Source: Alphaproteobacteria bacterium
Lineage (GTDB): Bacteria; Pseudomonadota; Alphaproteobacteria; UBA6615
Length of the DNA stretch: 64,000 nucleotides
Assembly (NCBI GenBank): GCA_002727315.1
Contig: PBWR01000009.1
Coordinates: forward strand, 29,532-93,531
Direction: 5' to 3'
The notes under the pieces were generated by a model. That model saw only the letters and a list, made by a program, of their open reading frames with translations. It was not told the origin of the DNA and ran no database searches. Shown piece after piece: positions 1 through 9,814 of the stretch (positions within the stretch are counted from its first letter, which is position 1; every line of letters starts with the position of its first letter). The position numbers were made by a program, and so were the translations under genes.

Positions 1-2256
1 ATCGTGGGCGCAACCGTCGTCGCGATGGGTCTGATCTCGCTGCCGGCGATGCTGCGCAACAACTACTCGAAGCCGCTGGCAACGGGAACCATCGCGGCGT
101 CCGGCACGCTGGGCCAGATCATCCCACCGTCCATCGTGCTGATCATCCTGGCCGACCAATTGTCCAATGCCACCGATCAGGCGAGCACGGCACGCAAGAC
201 CGAGTTCAAGTTCGGCACCGGCGAATCCTTCATGCCGACCGAGTTCGACATCACGTCGACCAGCGCCGGCGATATGTTCCTGGGCGCCCTTCTGCCCGGT
301 ATCGTCCTGGTCGGTCTGTACGCGCTCTACATCCTGGTTTTTGCCTTCCTGAAGAAGGGTTCGGCCCCGCCGGTGCCCTATGAAGGTCGCTATGACTTGC
401 GGTTCGCCGGACGCGTGGTGCTGGCCCTGGTGCCGCCCCTGACCCTGATCCTGGCCGTTCTCGGCTCGATCATCATGGGCATCGCGACGGTGAACCAGGC
501 CGGCGCCATCGGTGCCGTCGGCGCCATGATCATGGCCGGCTACCGCCTCAAGCGGGGCAGCCGCAACGCCTTCTATCCGGCGATCCTGGCCATCGTGTCG
601 ATCGCGGCCATCCTGTTCCTCATCGATCGGTTCGATCTGAACGTGAAGTCGATCGACAACGGCCACGACGCACTCGGCATCACCCTCGCCACCATCGCCG
701 TCGTCGGCCTTCTCGTCGGCGTGGTCTGGAGCGCCTGGCGTGCCCTGAAAATCGACGATACGCTGCGCGGGGTGATGATCGAAACCGCGAAGACCACATC
801 GATGGTCTTCATCATCCTCCTTGGCGCGGCGATGCTGACGGCGGCCTTCCGCGCCTTCGGCGGCGAAGATCTGGTCCGCGAATTCCTGGGCGGTCTGCCT
901 GGCGGCTTCTGGGCCCAGTTCATCGTGGTGATGGCCGTGATCTTCATCCTCGGCTTCTTCCTCGACTTCATCGAGATCGCGGTGGTCGTGGTCCCGATCA
1001 TCGCACCGATCCTGCTGGCCGATACAACGGCGAACATCACCGCCGTCTGGCTGGGCGTCATGATCGGCGTCAACATGCAGACGTCTTTCCTGACACCGCC
1101 ATTCGGGTTTGCCCTGTTCTATTTACGTGGCGTCGCGCCGCCAGAGGTAAAGACCACCGACATGTACAAGGGCGTGACCGTGTTCATCGCCCTGCAGCTT
1201 GTCGGGCTGGCCATCGTCGGTACCTTCCCCGGTCTCGTGAACTTCCTGCCCAACAAATCGTTCCTGACCGCCGAAACCGCCCCACCGCCTCAAAACCCGC
1301 GCCTGCAAGCCTGTATCGAAGAGCACCTGTTCGTGTTCTACGACGCCAACGGCAACCGGATTCAGGGCGCAATCAACGATGCGCGCGCCCTGGATCTCTC
1401 CGTATTGCCCGACAAGCATGCGACGGCCCTGCGCGGAAGTTTCGACAAGGCCGACAATGTCTTTGCCCTCGTCGCGTCGGTCCGAGCTGCAGCTTCGGGC
1501 GTCGGGGCTTACACCGCGGAATACGAACCACAGCATCGACTGGTCCGGAGACTGGAATCCCAAGCCCGAAAGGATGGCGTGAAGATCGAAGAGATCAAAC
1601 GCGAAATATTCCAGTACAAGCGCGACGGCGATCAGGACGCGATCGACGAAGCCAATCACGAGATCCAGGAACTCGAGACCGAACAGGCCGAACTCCTCGC
1701 CCAAATTCCGGCTACCTGGAAAGACGCCCGCAAGCAGTTCGTCGACCTGACCGGGGCCGAACGGAAGGCGCGCCAGACCTACCGACGCACCGTCGACGAA
1801 GCCTATACACCGATCAAGGAACTGCGGGCGATCCTGGCTGATACCCAGGCTCTGGCCGATATCGGACCGCAACTGAGGACGCTTCGCGATACGGTCCGTA
1901 GTGCGTCACCCGAGGACGCCACGGCCGCGATCAAGGCCTTTAACAGCGTACTGTCGGACATCGAGCAGGCCTTTGCGATCCGCGGCCCCTTGTCCAAGGC
2001 CCGCCGGGCCCTGAGCCCACGTCGTCTCAACCGGGATACAGCCAACTCACAACTCGACGACGCCATCGCGGCCTATGAGGACGAACTGGCCTGGCGCCAG
2101 CGTGCGGACGAGGCTCTGTCGGCGGGCCTGTCACGCTATAACGAGCATATTCGGGATTCGATCGGTCTGCGTCTCCAGGAGCGGTTGCCCGACGAAATCA
2201 CCAGCAATATCGCAAGCTGCCTTGCCGTTCACCGGGACATCTCGTTGAACTTCTAG
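1..2256 (+). CDS. TRAP-type transporter large permease (DctM family), 5'-truncated by the window edge, with a ~330-aa hydrophilic C-terminal extension
   Basis: ORF 4..2256 stays open to nt 1. DctM-like motifs (ASGTLGQIIPPSIVLII, FLTPPFGFALFYLRGV) and many hydrophobic spans. From ~nt 1255 the product is charged and helical. A hairpin terminator follows. Confidence 0.85.
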   Translation: MVGATVVAMGLISLPAMLRNNYSKPLATGTIAASGTLGQIIPPSIVLIILADQLSNATDQASTARKTEFKFGTGESFMPTEFDITSTSAGDMFLGALLPGIVLVGLYALYILVFAFLKKGSAPPVPYEGRYDLRFAGRVVLALVPPLTLILAVLGSIIMGIATVNQAGAIGAVGAMIMAGYRLKRGSRNAFYPAILAIVSIAAILFLIDRFDLNVKSIDNGHDALGITLATIAVVGLLVGVVWSAWRALKIDDTLRGVMIETAKTTSMVFIILLGAAMLTAAFRAFGGEDLVREFLGGLPGGFWAQFIVVMAVIFILGFFLDFIEIAVVVVPIIAPILLADTTANITAVWLGVMIGVNMQTSFLTPPFGFALFYLRGVAPPEVKTTDMYKGVTVFIALQLVGLAIVGTFPGLVNFLPNKSFLTAETAPPPQNPRLQACIEEHLFVFYDANGNRIQGAINDARALDLSVLPDKHATALRGSFDKADNVFALVASVRAAASGVGAYTAEYEPQHRLVRRLESQARKDGVKIEEIKREIFQYKRDGDQDAIDEANHEIQELETEQAELLAQIPATWKDARKQFVDLTGAERKARQTYRRTVDEAYTPIKELRAILADTQALADIGPQLRTLRDTVRSASPEDATAAIKAFNSVLSDIEQAFAIRGPLSKARRALSPRRLNRDTANSQLDDAIAAYEDELAWRQRADEALSAGLSRYNEHIRDSIGLRLQERLPDEITSNIASCLAVHRDISLNF

Positions 2257-2272
2257 TTCCTGTCGCGACCCG

Positions 2273-2324
2273 GAAAAGAAAAACGGCCGCCCCTCGTCAT
2301 GAGATGGGCGGCCGTTTCTTTTGG
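2273..2324. terminator. Bidirectional rho-independent terminator between the convergent TRAP permease gene and bioY
   Basis: GC-rich stem ACGGCCGCCC (2283-2292) / GGGCGGCCGT (2306-2315). An A-tract lies upstream and a T-tract downstream, so it reads as hairpin plus U-run on both strands. Confidence 0.75.
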
Positions 2325-2338
2325 CAATTCGTCGGGGT

Positions 2339-2932
2339 CTAGTACGCATCCTTGCGCCGTAACGCCAGCTTCCAGACCAGCGGCAGGACAGCCGCGGCAA
2401 GCGCGATCTTGACGAGCGCGCCAACGATGAACGGGGTCAATCCATTGGCCAAGGCCGCAGGAACATTGCCCAGGAACACCGATAGCCAGGCGACACCGAG
2501 GACAAAGATCACCAGTGTGCCAGCGACCATGGCAAGGAAGGTCATCGGGACGCTGCGGTCCCAGCCGCGCTCTCCCAGATGCCCCACCAGCACGGCTGCG
2601 ACAAGAAAACCGATGAGATAACCCGTAGTCGGGCCGGCGAAATAGGCAATTCCGCCCCCGCTGGCGAAGACCGGCAATCCGACAGCGCCTTCGGCGAGGT
2701 AGAGCAACAGGGTCGCACCGGCGAGACGGGCGCCATATGCCATCCCGATGACCAGCACCGCAAAGGTTTGCATGGTCATGGGCACCGGCCACATCGGAAC
2801 CTGGGTCTTTGCCGACAACGCCATCAGGATACTTCCTGCAACGGCCAGCAGCGCCAGCCGGATCATGCCGCCGGTTTCGCGTGGCCAAAGCGCGTTGATC
2901 AATGTGGGCGATGCGCCCGCTACTATCTGCAT
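2339..2932 (-). CDS. bioY: Biotin transporter BioY
   Basis: 197-aa polytopic protein with typical BioY sequence (TQVPMWPVPMTMQTFAVLVIG, GPTTGYLIGF). Confidence 0.9.
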   Translation of the reverse strand: MQIVAGASPTLINALWPRETGGMIRLALLAVAGSILMALSAKTQVPMWPVPMTMQTFAVLVIGMAYGARLAGATLLLYLAEGAVGLPVFASGGGIAYFAGPTTGYLIGFLVAAVLVGHLGERGWDRSVPMTFLAMVAGTLVIFVLGVAWLSVFLGNVPAALANGLTPFIVGALVKIALAAAVLPLVWKLALRRKDAY

Positions 2933-2952
2933 TTCATGCCTCCGTAGAACGG

Positions 2953-2978
2953 ATAGTTATCTGATCGACTGTTATCAG
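2953..2978 (-). promoter_or_regulatory. Candidate operator dyad / direct repeats just upstream of bioY
   Basis: GATAGTTATCTGATCGACTGTTATCAG: GTTATC occurs at 2956 and 2971, and there is an inverted repeat CTGAT-N8-ATCAG (2961-2978). It lies 20-45 nt upstream of the bioY ATG. It matches the BioR TTATMKATAA motif only partially. Confidence 0.3.
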
Positions 2979-3014
2979 CTTCCCCGGGTGTCGACAACAT
3001 GCCGCAAACCAAAC

Positions 3015-5243
3015 CTACGTAAACCGCGGCGCCGAAGGGAAGCCGCGTGGCACCTTGCGCCCAGCCTGGGCGCGCTTGCCAACCCAGTCCTTGAGTTCTT
3101 CCGCCGTAAAGGTTCGGTGCCGGTCGCCCGTGCGGGTTGTCAGGCCCTCGGACATGGCGAACGTGGCCACATCGGCGAGCGAATCATTGCTGTAACTCTG
3201 CAGCTTCACGCCCCGGCCCCGCGACATCGCGGGAAGCTCCGACAGCGGGAACACCACCATCTTCCGCTTCTTGCCCAGCACGGCAATATGATCGCCAACC
3301 GCCCGGGCGCAGGCGACCGCTTCGATATCGCCCTTCACGTTCAGCACCTGCTTGCCGCCCTTCGTCTGGGCCACGACTTCGTCTTCGGGCACGACGAAGC
3401 CCCGGCCATCACCGGAGGCCACGACAAGTTTGGCGCCCGGCTTGTAGACCTGGAGCGCCACGATATCGGCGTCGTTGCCGAGGTCGAACATCAGGCTGAG
3501 CGGCTCGCCATGCCCGCGGCCGCCCGGCAACCGGTCGACGCCGACCGTGTAGAAGCGCCCGTTTGTGGCAAACACCAGAAGCTTGTCCGTGGTTTCGGCC
3601 CGGAGCACGAATTTGCCGCGATCGCCCTCTTTGAACTTCAGCTCCTTGGGCTCGACCGACTGTCCCTTGATGGTGCGCACCCAGCCCTTCTCGGAACACA
3701 CGATAGTCACGGACTCGCGCTCGATCATGGCGTCGACGGGCACGGCGACGGGTTCGGGCGCATCGGCAATATCGGTGCGGCGGCGGCCGATCTCCGTCTT
3801 GGGGCCGAAGCGCTTCTTCAGGTCCACGATCTCTTCCATCAGCGCCTTCTGCCGTTTCTTGTTATCGCGCAGCAGTCCCTTCAGGGATTTTTGCTCGCCC
3901 TCCAGCGCATCGATCTCCTCGCGGATCGCGATCTCCTCGAGACGGCGTAAAGAACGCAGACGCATATTCAGGATCGCATCGACCTGGGCGTCGTTCAGCT
4001 TCCACTTCTTCTTCATCACCGCGCGCGGATCGTCCTCCTCGCGGATCACGGCGATCACCTCGTCGAGGTTGAGAAACACCACCATGTAGCCGCACAGGAC
4101 GTCGAGTCGATCGGCAATCTTCTCCAGCCGGAACTTGGTGCGCCGGACCAGCACGTCGTGGCGATGATCGAGATAGGCCTGCAGGACCTCGCGCAGGCTC
4201 ATGACCCGCGGCACGTTCTCCGCATCCAGGACGTTCATATTGAGCCCGACCCGGGATTCCATATCGGTGTTCCGGAACAGGCTCTCCATCAGCATTTCGG
4301 GCGTGACATTGCGGTTCTTCGGATCAAGCACGAGGCGAATGTCATCCGCGGATTCGTCCCGGATATCGCCCAGCAGCGGCAGCTTGCGGGCATGCATTAG
4401 TTCCGCGATCCGCTCGACCAGGCGCGACTTCTGAACCTGGTAGGGAATCTCCGTCACCACCACCTGGTACTGGCCTCGGCCGAGAGACTCCTCCTCCCAG
4501 CGTGTGCGAATCCGGAAACTGCCGCGCCCGCTCCCGTATGCCTCCACGATCGTCTCGCGGCCCTCGACGAGCACTCCGCCGGTCGGGAAATCCGGCCCCG
4601 GCATCAAGCTGACCAGCTTGGCGATGGTCGCATTGGGCGTCTTCAGGAGATGGGACAGGGCGTCGCAGATTTCCCCCACATTGTGCGGCGGGATACTAGT
4701 GGCCATGCCGACGGCGATTCCCGTGGCGCCGTTGGCCAGCAGGTTGGGAAAATTCGACGGCAGCACGACCGGCTCGTCGCCTTCACCGTCATAGGTATCG
4801 CGGAAGTCGACGGCGTCTTCGTCGATGCCGTCGAGCAGCGTCAGGGCGACATCGGTCATGCGCGCTTCGGTGTAGCGCATGGCCGCTGCGTTATCGCCGT
4901 CGATGTTGCCGAAATTGCCCTGTCCGTCGACCAGCGGATAGCGGACGGCAAACTCCTGCGCGAGCCGCACCAGCGCGTCGTAGATCGCCTGGTCGCCATG
5001 GGGGTGATACTTACCCATGACATCGCCGACAACGCGGGCACATTTCTTGTAACCCTGATCGGGATCGAGACGCAGTTGCCGCATCGCATGCAGCAACCGG
5101 CGGTGCACGGGCTTCAGCCCGTCGCGCACATCCGGCAGGGACCGTGCCATGATTGTCGAGAGCGCATAACTCAGATAGCGCTCGCTCAGGGCATCCTTGA
5201 ACGCCTCTTGGCGAATTTCACCTCCGATAACCGTCATACTCAA
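3015..5243 (-). CDS. parC: DNA topoisomerase IV subunit A
   Basis: 742 aa with a GyrA/ParC N-terminal domain ([25 protein letters not shown]). Size and lack of a GyrA box fit ParC. Confidence 0.9.
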   Translation of the reverse strand: MSMTVIGGEIRQEAFKDALSERYLSYALSTIMARSLPDVRDGLKPVHRRLLHAMRQLRLDPDQGYKKCARVVGDVMGKYHPHGDQAIYDALVRLAQEFAVRYPLVDGQGNFGNIDGDNAAAMRYTEARMTDVALTLLDGIDEDAVDFRDTYDGEGDEPVVLPSNFPNLLANGATGIAVGMATSIPPHNVGEICDALSHLLKTPNATIAKLVSLMPGPDFPTGGVLVEGRETIVEAYGSGRGSFRIRTRWEEESLGRGQYQVVVTEIPYQVQKSRLVERIAELMHARKLPLLGDIRDESADDIRLVLDPKNRNVTPEMLMESLFRNTDMESRVGLNMNVLDAENVPRVMSLREVLQAYLDHRHDVLVRRTKFRLEKIADRLDVLCGYMVVFLNLDEVIAVIREEDDPRAVMKKKWKLNDAQVDAILNMRLRSLRRLEEIAIREEIDALEGEQKSLKGLLRDNKKRQKALMEEIVDLKKRFGPKTEIGRRRTDIADAPEPVAVPVDAMIERESVTIVCSEKGWVRTIKGQSVEPKELKFKEGDRGKFVLRAETTDKLLVFATNGRFYTVGVDRLPGGRGHGEPLSLMFDLGNDADIVALQVYKPGAKLVVASGDGRGFVVPEDEVVAQTKGGKQVLNVKGDIEAVACARAVGDHIAVLGKKRKMVVFPLSELPAMSRGRGVKLQSYSNDSLADVATFAMSEGLTTRTGDRHRTFTAEELKDWVGKRAQAGRKVPRGFPSAPRFT

Positions 5244-5290
5244 AGCTCCGTTACGCCGAGTGTCCTTTTAAGACCCGGACGTGAGTCACC

Positions 5291-6058
5291 TCAAGAATCA
5301 GGCTGCGAGTTTTCCGGATTGTCAGACTGCCGCTCGACAAGGGTTTCCAGCCGCTCGCGCGCCGGTGGCAGCGGCCGGTCGAGCGGGTCGAAAGCATGGC
5401 GTTGCAGGAAAAACCCAGTCAGGCGCAAGCCGTCGGCGAAATCGACCGCATCGGCCCCCGTGCCGCGCCCGTCGGGTCGCAAGAATCGTGGCAGCGCGAA
5501 CATCCGGTCCTTGTACGACTCACCGGCATCGCGCGAGACGGCGCGCCCTGTTCGCGGGCTGACATAGAGCAGGTTCTCGACATCACCGGTCGCCGCACAG
5601 CAGGTCAGGTCCAGCCCGAACCCCAGTTCGCGCAGCAGGCCCATCTCCCATTGGATATAGACGGCGGGCCAGATGTCCCCCTCACCCTGGGCGAGAGAAT
5701 CGAACAAGGCGCCGGTCGCCTCGAAAAGGCCGGGATGCGGCTCGCGCTCGGGGATGACCGCTTCGGTGACGGCACAGGCCGCCGACAGAGCCGCGAGGCG
5801 CGGCGGATCGTCCATGAACTGGGCGGCATAGTGGCGCGCGGGCTCGATCGTGAAGCGGCCCAGATGTTCGGCCAGCCGTGCCCGCCAAACCGCGTCGACG
5901 AGATTCCCGGGCTCGACAGTCGCACGTTTCGCGCGCGACGCACCGCCATGCACCAGGCCTGCGTGGCGGCCATGCTCACGCGTCAGCAGCTGCACCACCG
6001 CGGCCCCCTCGCCATGGGGCCGGGCGGCCAGCACGAAGCCTTCGTCACGCCACTCCAT
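5291..6058 (-). CDS. recO: DNA repair protein RecO
   Basis: 255 aa. RecO-like N-terminal OB region (MEWRDEGFVLAARPHGE) and a position upstream of era-rnc, as is common. Confidence 0.85.
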   Translation of the reverse strand: MEWRDEGFVLAARPHGEGAAVVQLLTREHGRHAGLVHGGASRAKRATVEPGNLVDAVWRARLAEHLGRFTIEPARHYAAQFMDDPPRLAALSAACAVTEAVIPEREPHPGLFEATGALFDSLAQGEGDIWPAVYIQWEMGLLRELGFGLDLTCCAATGDVENLLYVSPRTGRAVSRDAGESYKDRMFALPRFLRPDGRGTGADAVDFADGLRLTGFFLQRHAFDPLDRPLPPARERLETLVERQSDNPENSQPDS

Positions 6059-6087
6059 CGCTATCCGTTATCTGCGGCCCCGGCGCG

Positions 6088-6990
6088 CTAAGCATCGAAA
6101 CGCAGGCCCCATTCGCGGAAATGACCGGGATCGTCGGCCCATTTCTCGCGCACCCGCACCCGGACAAACAGGTGCACCGGGCAATCCAGAATCTCCGCCA
6201 GGTCGGCCTGGGCGTCGGCCCGGATCCGCTTGATCATCTTTCCCCCCTTGCCCAACACGATTCCCTTATGGGAATCCCGGGAGATGGTGATCATCTGTTC
6301 GATCCGGACACTGCCATTGTCGAAATCCTCCCAACTCTCGGTATCCACCGCGAGCCCGTAGGGAAGTTCCTGGTGAAGCTGGATGAATGCCTTCTCCCGG
6401 GTGACCTCGGCAGCAAATAGGCGCTGCGGCAGATCGGAAATCTCATCCTCGGGAAACAGCCACGGCCCCGTCGGCATTCGCGCCAGAAAATAGGCCTCGA
6501 TATCGTCGACGCCGCTGCCATTCAAAGCCGAAATCATGAACGTCGCATCGAACCCAGATCGCTCGTTCAGTGTCTCGGCAAGCTCAAGCAGCACTTCCCG
6601 CTTTAGGCCATCAACCTTGTTCAGCACCAGCACGGCATTGTCCTGGTACATCTCCAGCCCTTCGATGATGCGTTCGACATCCGCGTCGACCCCACGCTTG
6701 GCATCAACCAGCACGGCGATGACGTCCGCATCGGACGCGCCGCCCCAGGCGGCATCGACCATGGCGCGGTCGAGGCGGCGCTTCGGCGCAAACACACCGG
6801 GCGTGTCTGTGTAGATGACCTGGGTCTCGTCCTTGACCGCGATCCCCCGGACTCGGGTCCGGGTGGTCTGAACCTTCGGGCTGACGATCGACACCTTGGC
6901 GCCCACCAGCCGATTGACCAGGGTCGACTTTCCGGCATTGGGCGCGCCCAGCACAGAGACGATGCCGCAACGGATACTTGGTTCAACCAT
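6088..6990 (-). CDS. era: GTPase Era
   Basis: G1 motif GAPNAGKSTL, DTPG, NKVD and a C-terminal KH domain. The start overlaps the rnc stop by 8 nt. Confidence 0.95.
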   Translation of the reverse strand: MVEPSIRCGIVSVLGAPNAGKSTLVNRLVGAKVSIVSPKVQTTRTRVRGIAVKDETQVIYTDTPGVFAPKRRLDRAMVDAAWGGASDADVIAVLVDAKRGVDADVERIIEGLEMYQDNAVLVLNKVDGLKREVLLELAETLNERSGFDATFMISALNGSGVDDIEAYFLARMPTGPWLFPEDEISDLPQRLFAAEVTREKAFIQLHQELPYGLAVDTESWEDFDNGSVRIEQMITISRDSHKGIVLGKGGKMIKRIRADAQADLAEILDCPVHLFVRVRVREKWADDPGHFREWGLRFDA

Positions 6991-7651
6991 GGGATTCGGG
7001 ATCCAGCATGGACAGCATTATAGCGGCGGCATCGCGTTCGGCCGCACGCTTGCTGGCGCCCGTCGCCTGCACCGGCTCGGCGCCGTCGACGTGCACCTCG
7101 ACCGTGAAGCGGGGCGCGTGATCGGGCCCTTCCCGGCCGATATCGTGATAGCTGGGCAGACCGCGCGCGCGCGCCTGGGACCATTCCTGGAGCGCGGTCT
7201 TCGGATCCTGTGGCGGAGCCGTCACCGCGTCGATCCGCAGCTCCCAGTGTCGGCGCACAAACTCCGCCGCAACGTCCATTCCCGCATCTTCGAAGATGGC
7301 TGCGATCAGCGCTTCCACCACATCGGCCAGAATGCTGTCATTGACGACGCCGCTCGCCGCACGCACATGGTCCGCCAACCCAAGCTGGCCTCCGATCTCC
7401 GACAGGGTGTCAGCCTGAACCAGCGCAGAGAAGCGGCGTCCGATCTCACCCTCATCCTCATCGGGAAACCGGGCCAACAAGAGGCCGGCCACCACGAGCC
7501 CCAACACCCGGTCGCCGAGAAATTCCAGCCGTTCGTAAGAGTAACCGGCCTCGGCGCTCGCGTGGGTCAGCCCCTGTTCCAGGAGCGTCCGGTCGGAGAA
7601 CCGGTGGCCCAGCGCCTGCTCCACAAGTTCGAGGCCGGACGCGTCGGCCAT
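6983..7651 (-). CDS. rnc: Ribonuclease III
   Basis: RNase III signature ERLEFLGDRVLG plus a dsRBD. The ATG at 7651 shares one base with the lepB TGA (TGATG). The longer ORF-track start at 7717 would lie inside lepB. Confidence 0.9.
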   Translation of the reverse strand: MADASGLELVEQALGHRFSDRTLLEQGLTHASAEAGYSYERLEFLGDRVLGLVVAGLLLARFPDEDEGEIGRRFSALVQADTLSEIGGQLGLADHVRAASGVVNDSILADVVEALIAAIFEDAGMDVAAEFVRRHWELRIDAVTAPPQDPKTALQEWSQARARGLPSYHDIGREGPDHAPRFTVEVHVDGAEPVQATGASKRAAERDAAAIMLSMLDPESHG

Positions 7652-8394
7652 CAGTCCACGGAATCGAACAGGCGGTCGAATCGGGTCGCCTGAATCCAGC
7701 GCCACGGCTCCAGCCAACCCGCCGTGCCATCGGTCGAGTAGAACAGGATTTCCGCACGCCCGATCAGATTGTCCGCCGGCACGAAACCCCAGCTGCGGCT
7801 GTCGTTGCTATCATCCCGGTTGTCGCCCATGGCAAAGTAATTGCCCGGCGGCACGACGAATTCGCGCGTGTTGTCCGCGGGCCCGCGATCTCCGAAGCCT
7901 TCACGAATGATATAGCTACGCCCGTTCGGCAGCGTCTCGACATACTGCGGCACCCGGCGGACGCTGCCACGGTGATCGCGCGACAGATGATCCTCGATCC
8001 GCTTGCGATCGACGGGGTTGCCGTTGAGATACATCTGGCCGGCGATCATCTGCAGCCGGTCACCCGGCAGCCCGACGATCCGCTTTATGAAGTCGTCGCG
8101 ATTGGTGGGCGGATGGCGGAAGACGGCCACGTCACCGCGTTCGGGCACGCTGCCGAAGATCCGGCCGGAGAAAAACCCGAGCCCGAAGGGAAGCGAGTAG
8201 CGGCTGTAGCCGTAGGAAAACTTCGATACGAACAGATAGTCGCCGATCAAGAGGGTCGGGATCATGGAGCCCGAGGGAATGTTGAACGGCTGGAAGGCAA
8301 ATGTCCGCACCACGCCGGCGATCAGGAGCGCATAGATGATCGTGCGCGCGGTCTCCCAGGTGCCACCGGGTTTCTTGCTGCGGTCTTTCGCCAT
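7651..8394 (-). CDS. lepB: Signal peptidase I
   Basis: N-terminal TM segment, catalytic Ser box PSGSMIPTL, and Lys box KRIVGLPGD. Confidence 0.9.
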   Translation of the reverse strand: MAKDRSKKPGGTWETARTIIYALLIAGVVRTFAFQPFNIPSGSMIPTLLIGDYLFVSKFSYGYSRYSLPFGLGFFSGRIFGSVPERGDVAVFRHPPTNRDDFIKRIVGLPGDRLQMIAGQMYLNGNPVDRKRIEDHLSRDHRGSVRRVPQYVETLPNGRSYIIREGFGDRGPADNTREFVVPPGNYFAMGDNRDDSNDSRSWGFVPADNLIGRAEILFYSTDGTAGWLEPWRWIQATRFDRLFDSVD

Positions 8395-8516
8395 GTCTGC
8401 CCGTTTCCGAAAATCTCTAAAAACTGTCCACCGCGCATTGCGGTGACGCGGGTTCTAGCGGTACCGCGCCCATTTCACCAGTCACGAATAGGGCAATCCA
8501 CGTGCGATTCGCGCGC

Positions 8517-8969
8517 CTAGTCGGGAATGTCGGGAATTGCGGAGATGATCACAATGGCCTGTGCGATCGGCGGTTCGTCGCTCAGGGACAGTTCGATCAG
8601 CGGCTTCATGCCCGGCGGCGTGATCTCGGCAAGCCGCGCCGCCGCACCGTTGGTCAACGCCATGGTAGGTTTCCCCGACGGCAGATTGACCACCCCCATA
8701 TCGCGCCAGAACACACCTTTGCGGAAGCCGGTTCCCAGCGCCTTCGAACACGCCTCCTTGGCGGCATATCGTTTGGCATAGCTGTCGGCGCGGTTGGCCC
8801 GGCGATCCGACTTCGCCCGCTCGGTTTCGGTGAAGCAGCGTTCGACGAACCGGTCGCCGAAACGTTCGAGCGTTCGCTCGATACGCGTGATGTCGATCAG
8901 GTCGCTGCCGAGCCCGATGATCATCGAGTACATGGGAACGGACTGTCCAACGGGCGCGTCGTCGCTCAC
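8517..8969 (-). CDS. acpS: Holo-[acyl-carrier-protein] synthase
   Basis: [16 protein letters not shown] core. The GTG at 8969 overlaps the pdxJ stop. The ATG at 8924 (MIIGLG) is an equally plausible start. Confidence 0.85.
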   Translation of the reverse strand: MSDDAPVGQSVPMYSMIIGLGSDLIDITRIERTLERFGDRFVERCFTETERAKSDRRANRADSYAKRYAAKEACSKALGTGFRKGVFWRDMGVVNLPSGKPTMALTNGAAARLAEITPPGMKPLIELSLSDEPPIAQAIVIISAIPDIPD

Positions 8970-9733
8970 GCGCTCACCTCTCCACGGGCCTGGGCGCGTG
9001 CATTGTCCATCAGCGAGCGCATGCGCTTGATGGAGCTATCGAGCCCGCCGAAGATTGCCTCGCCGATCAGGAAATGTCCGATATTGAGCTCGACGATCTC
9101 GGGGATCGCGGCGATCGGTCCGACCGTGTCGAACGTGATGCCGTGACCGCCATGTATCTGAAGGCCGATGCTCGCACCATAAGAGGCCGCGTCGACAATC
9201 CGCGCCAGGTGTTCGTCGGCCGCATCCTGTTCGTCGGCGATCAGCGCATCGCAATAGGCCCCGACGTGAATTTCCACTGCCGGTGCGCCGATCGAAAGCG
9301 ATGCGTCGAGCTGATCGCGGTCGGGCTCGATGAACATCGACACGACGGCCTTGTTGGCGCCCAACTGGTCCGCGAACCGCTTCAGGTGGTTGTGCCCGGC
9401 CGCAACATCCAGCCCGCCCTCGGTCGTCCGCTCCTGCCGCCGTTCCGGCACGATACAAACGGCATAGGGGGTATGACGGAGCGCGATGTCGAGCATCTCG
9501 TCAGTCGCGGCCATCTCCAGGGTTAGGGGGATGTCGATACTTTCCATCAGCCCCGTGAGATCCTCGTCGGAGATGTGACGGCGGTCTTCACGCAGATGCG
9601 CCACGATGCTGTCGGCGCCCGCCTCGGACGCAGCACGCGCCGCGCGTACAGGATCCGGGTGGCCGCCACCGCGGGCATTCCGGATGGTCGCGACATGGTC
9701 CACATTGACGCCAAGGCGAAGATCAGAAGCCAT
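8966..9733 (-). CDS. pdxJ: Pyridoxine 5'-phosphate synthase
   Basis: [16 protein letters not shown] and full-length PdxJ-like sequence. Confidence 0.95.
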   Translation of the reverse strand: MASDLRLGVNVDHVATIRNARGGGHPDPVRAARAASEAGADSIVAHLREDRRHISDEDLTGLMESIDIPLTLEMAATDEMLDIALRHTPYAVCIVPERRQERTTEGGLDVAAGHNHLKRFADQLGANKAVVSMFIEPDRDQLDASLSIGAPAVEIHVGAYCDALIADEQDAADEHLARIVDAASYGASIGLQIHGGHGITFDTVGPIAAIPEIVELNIGHFLIGEAIFGGLDSSIKRMRSLMDNARAQARGEVSA

Positions 9734-9814
9734 TGGAGAACCTTATCATTCTGGATTCAGGTCTAGAATTGGCGTTCCGTGGCGCAAGGTCAACCCGGGC
9801 CCGGCTGCCGGCGG

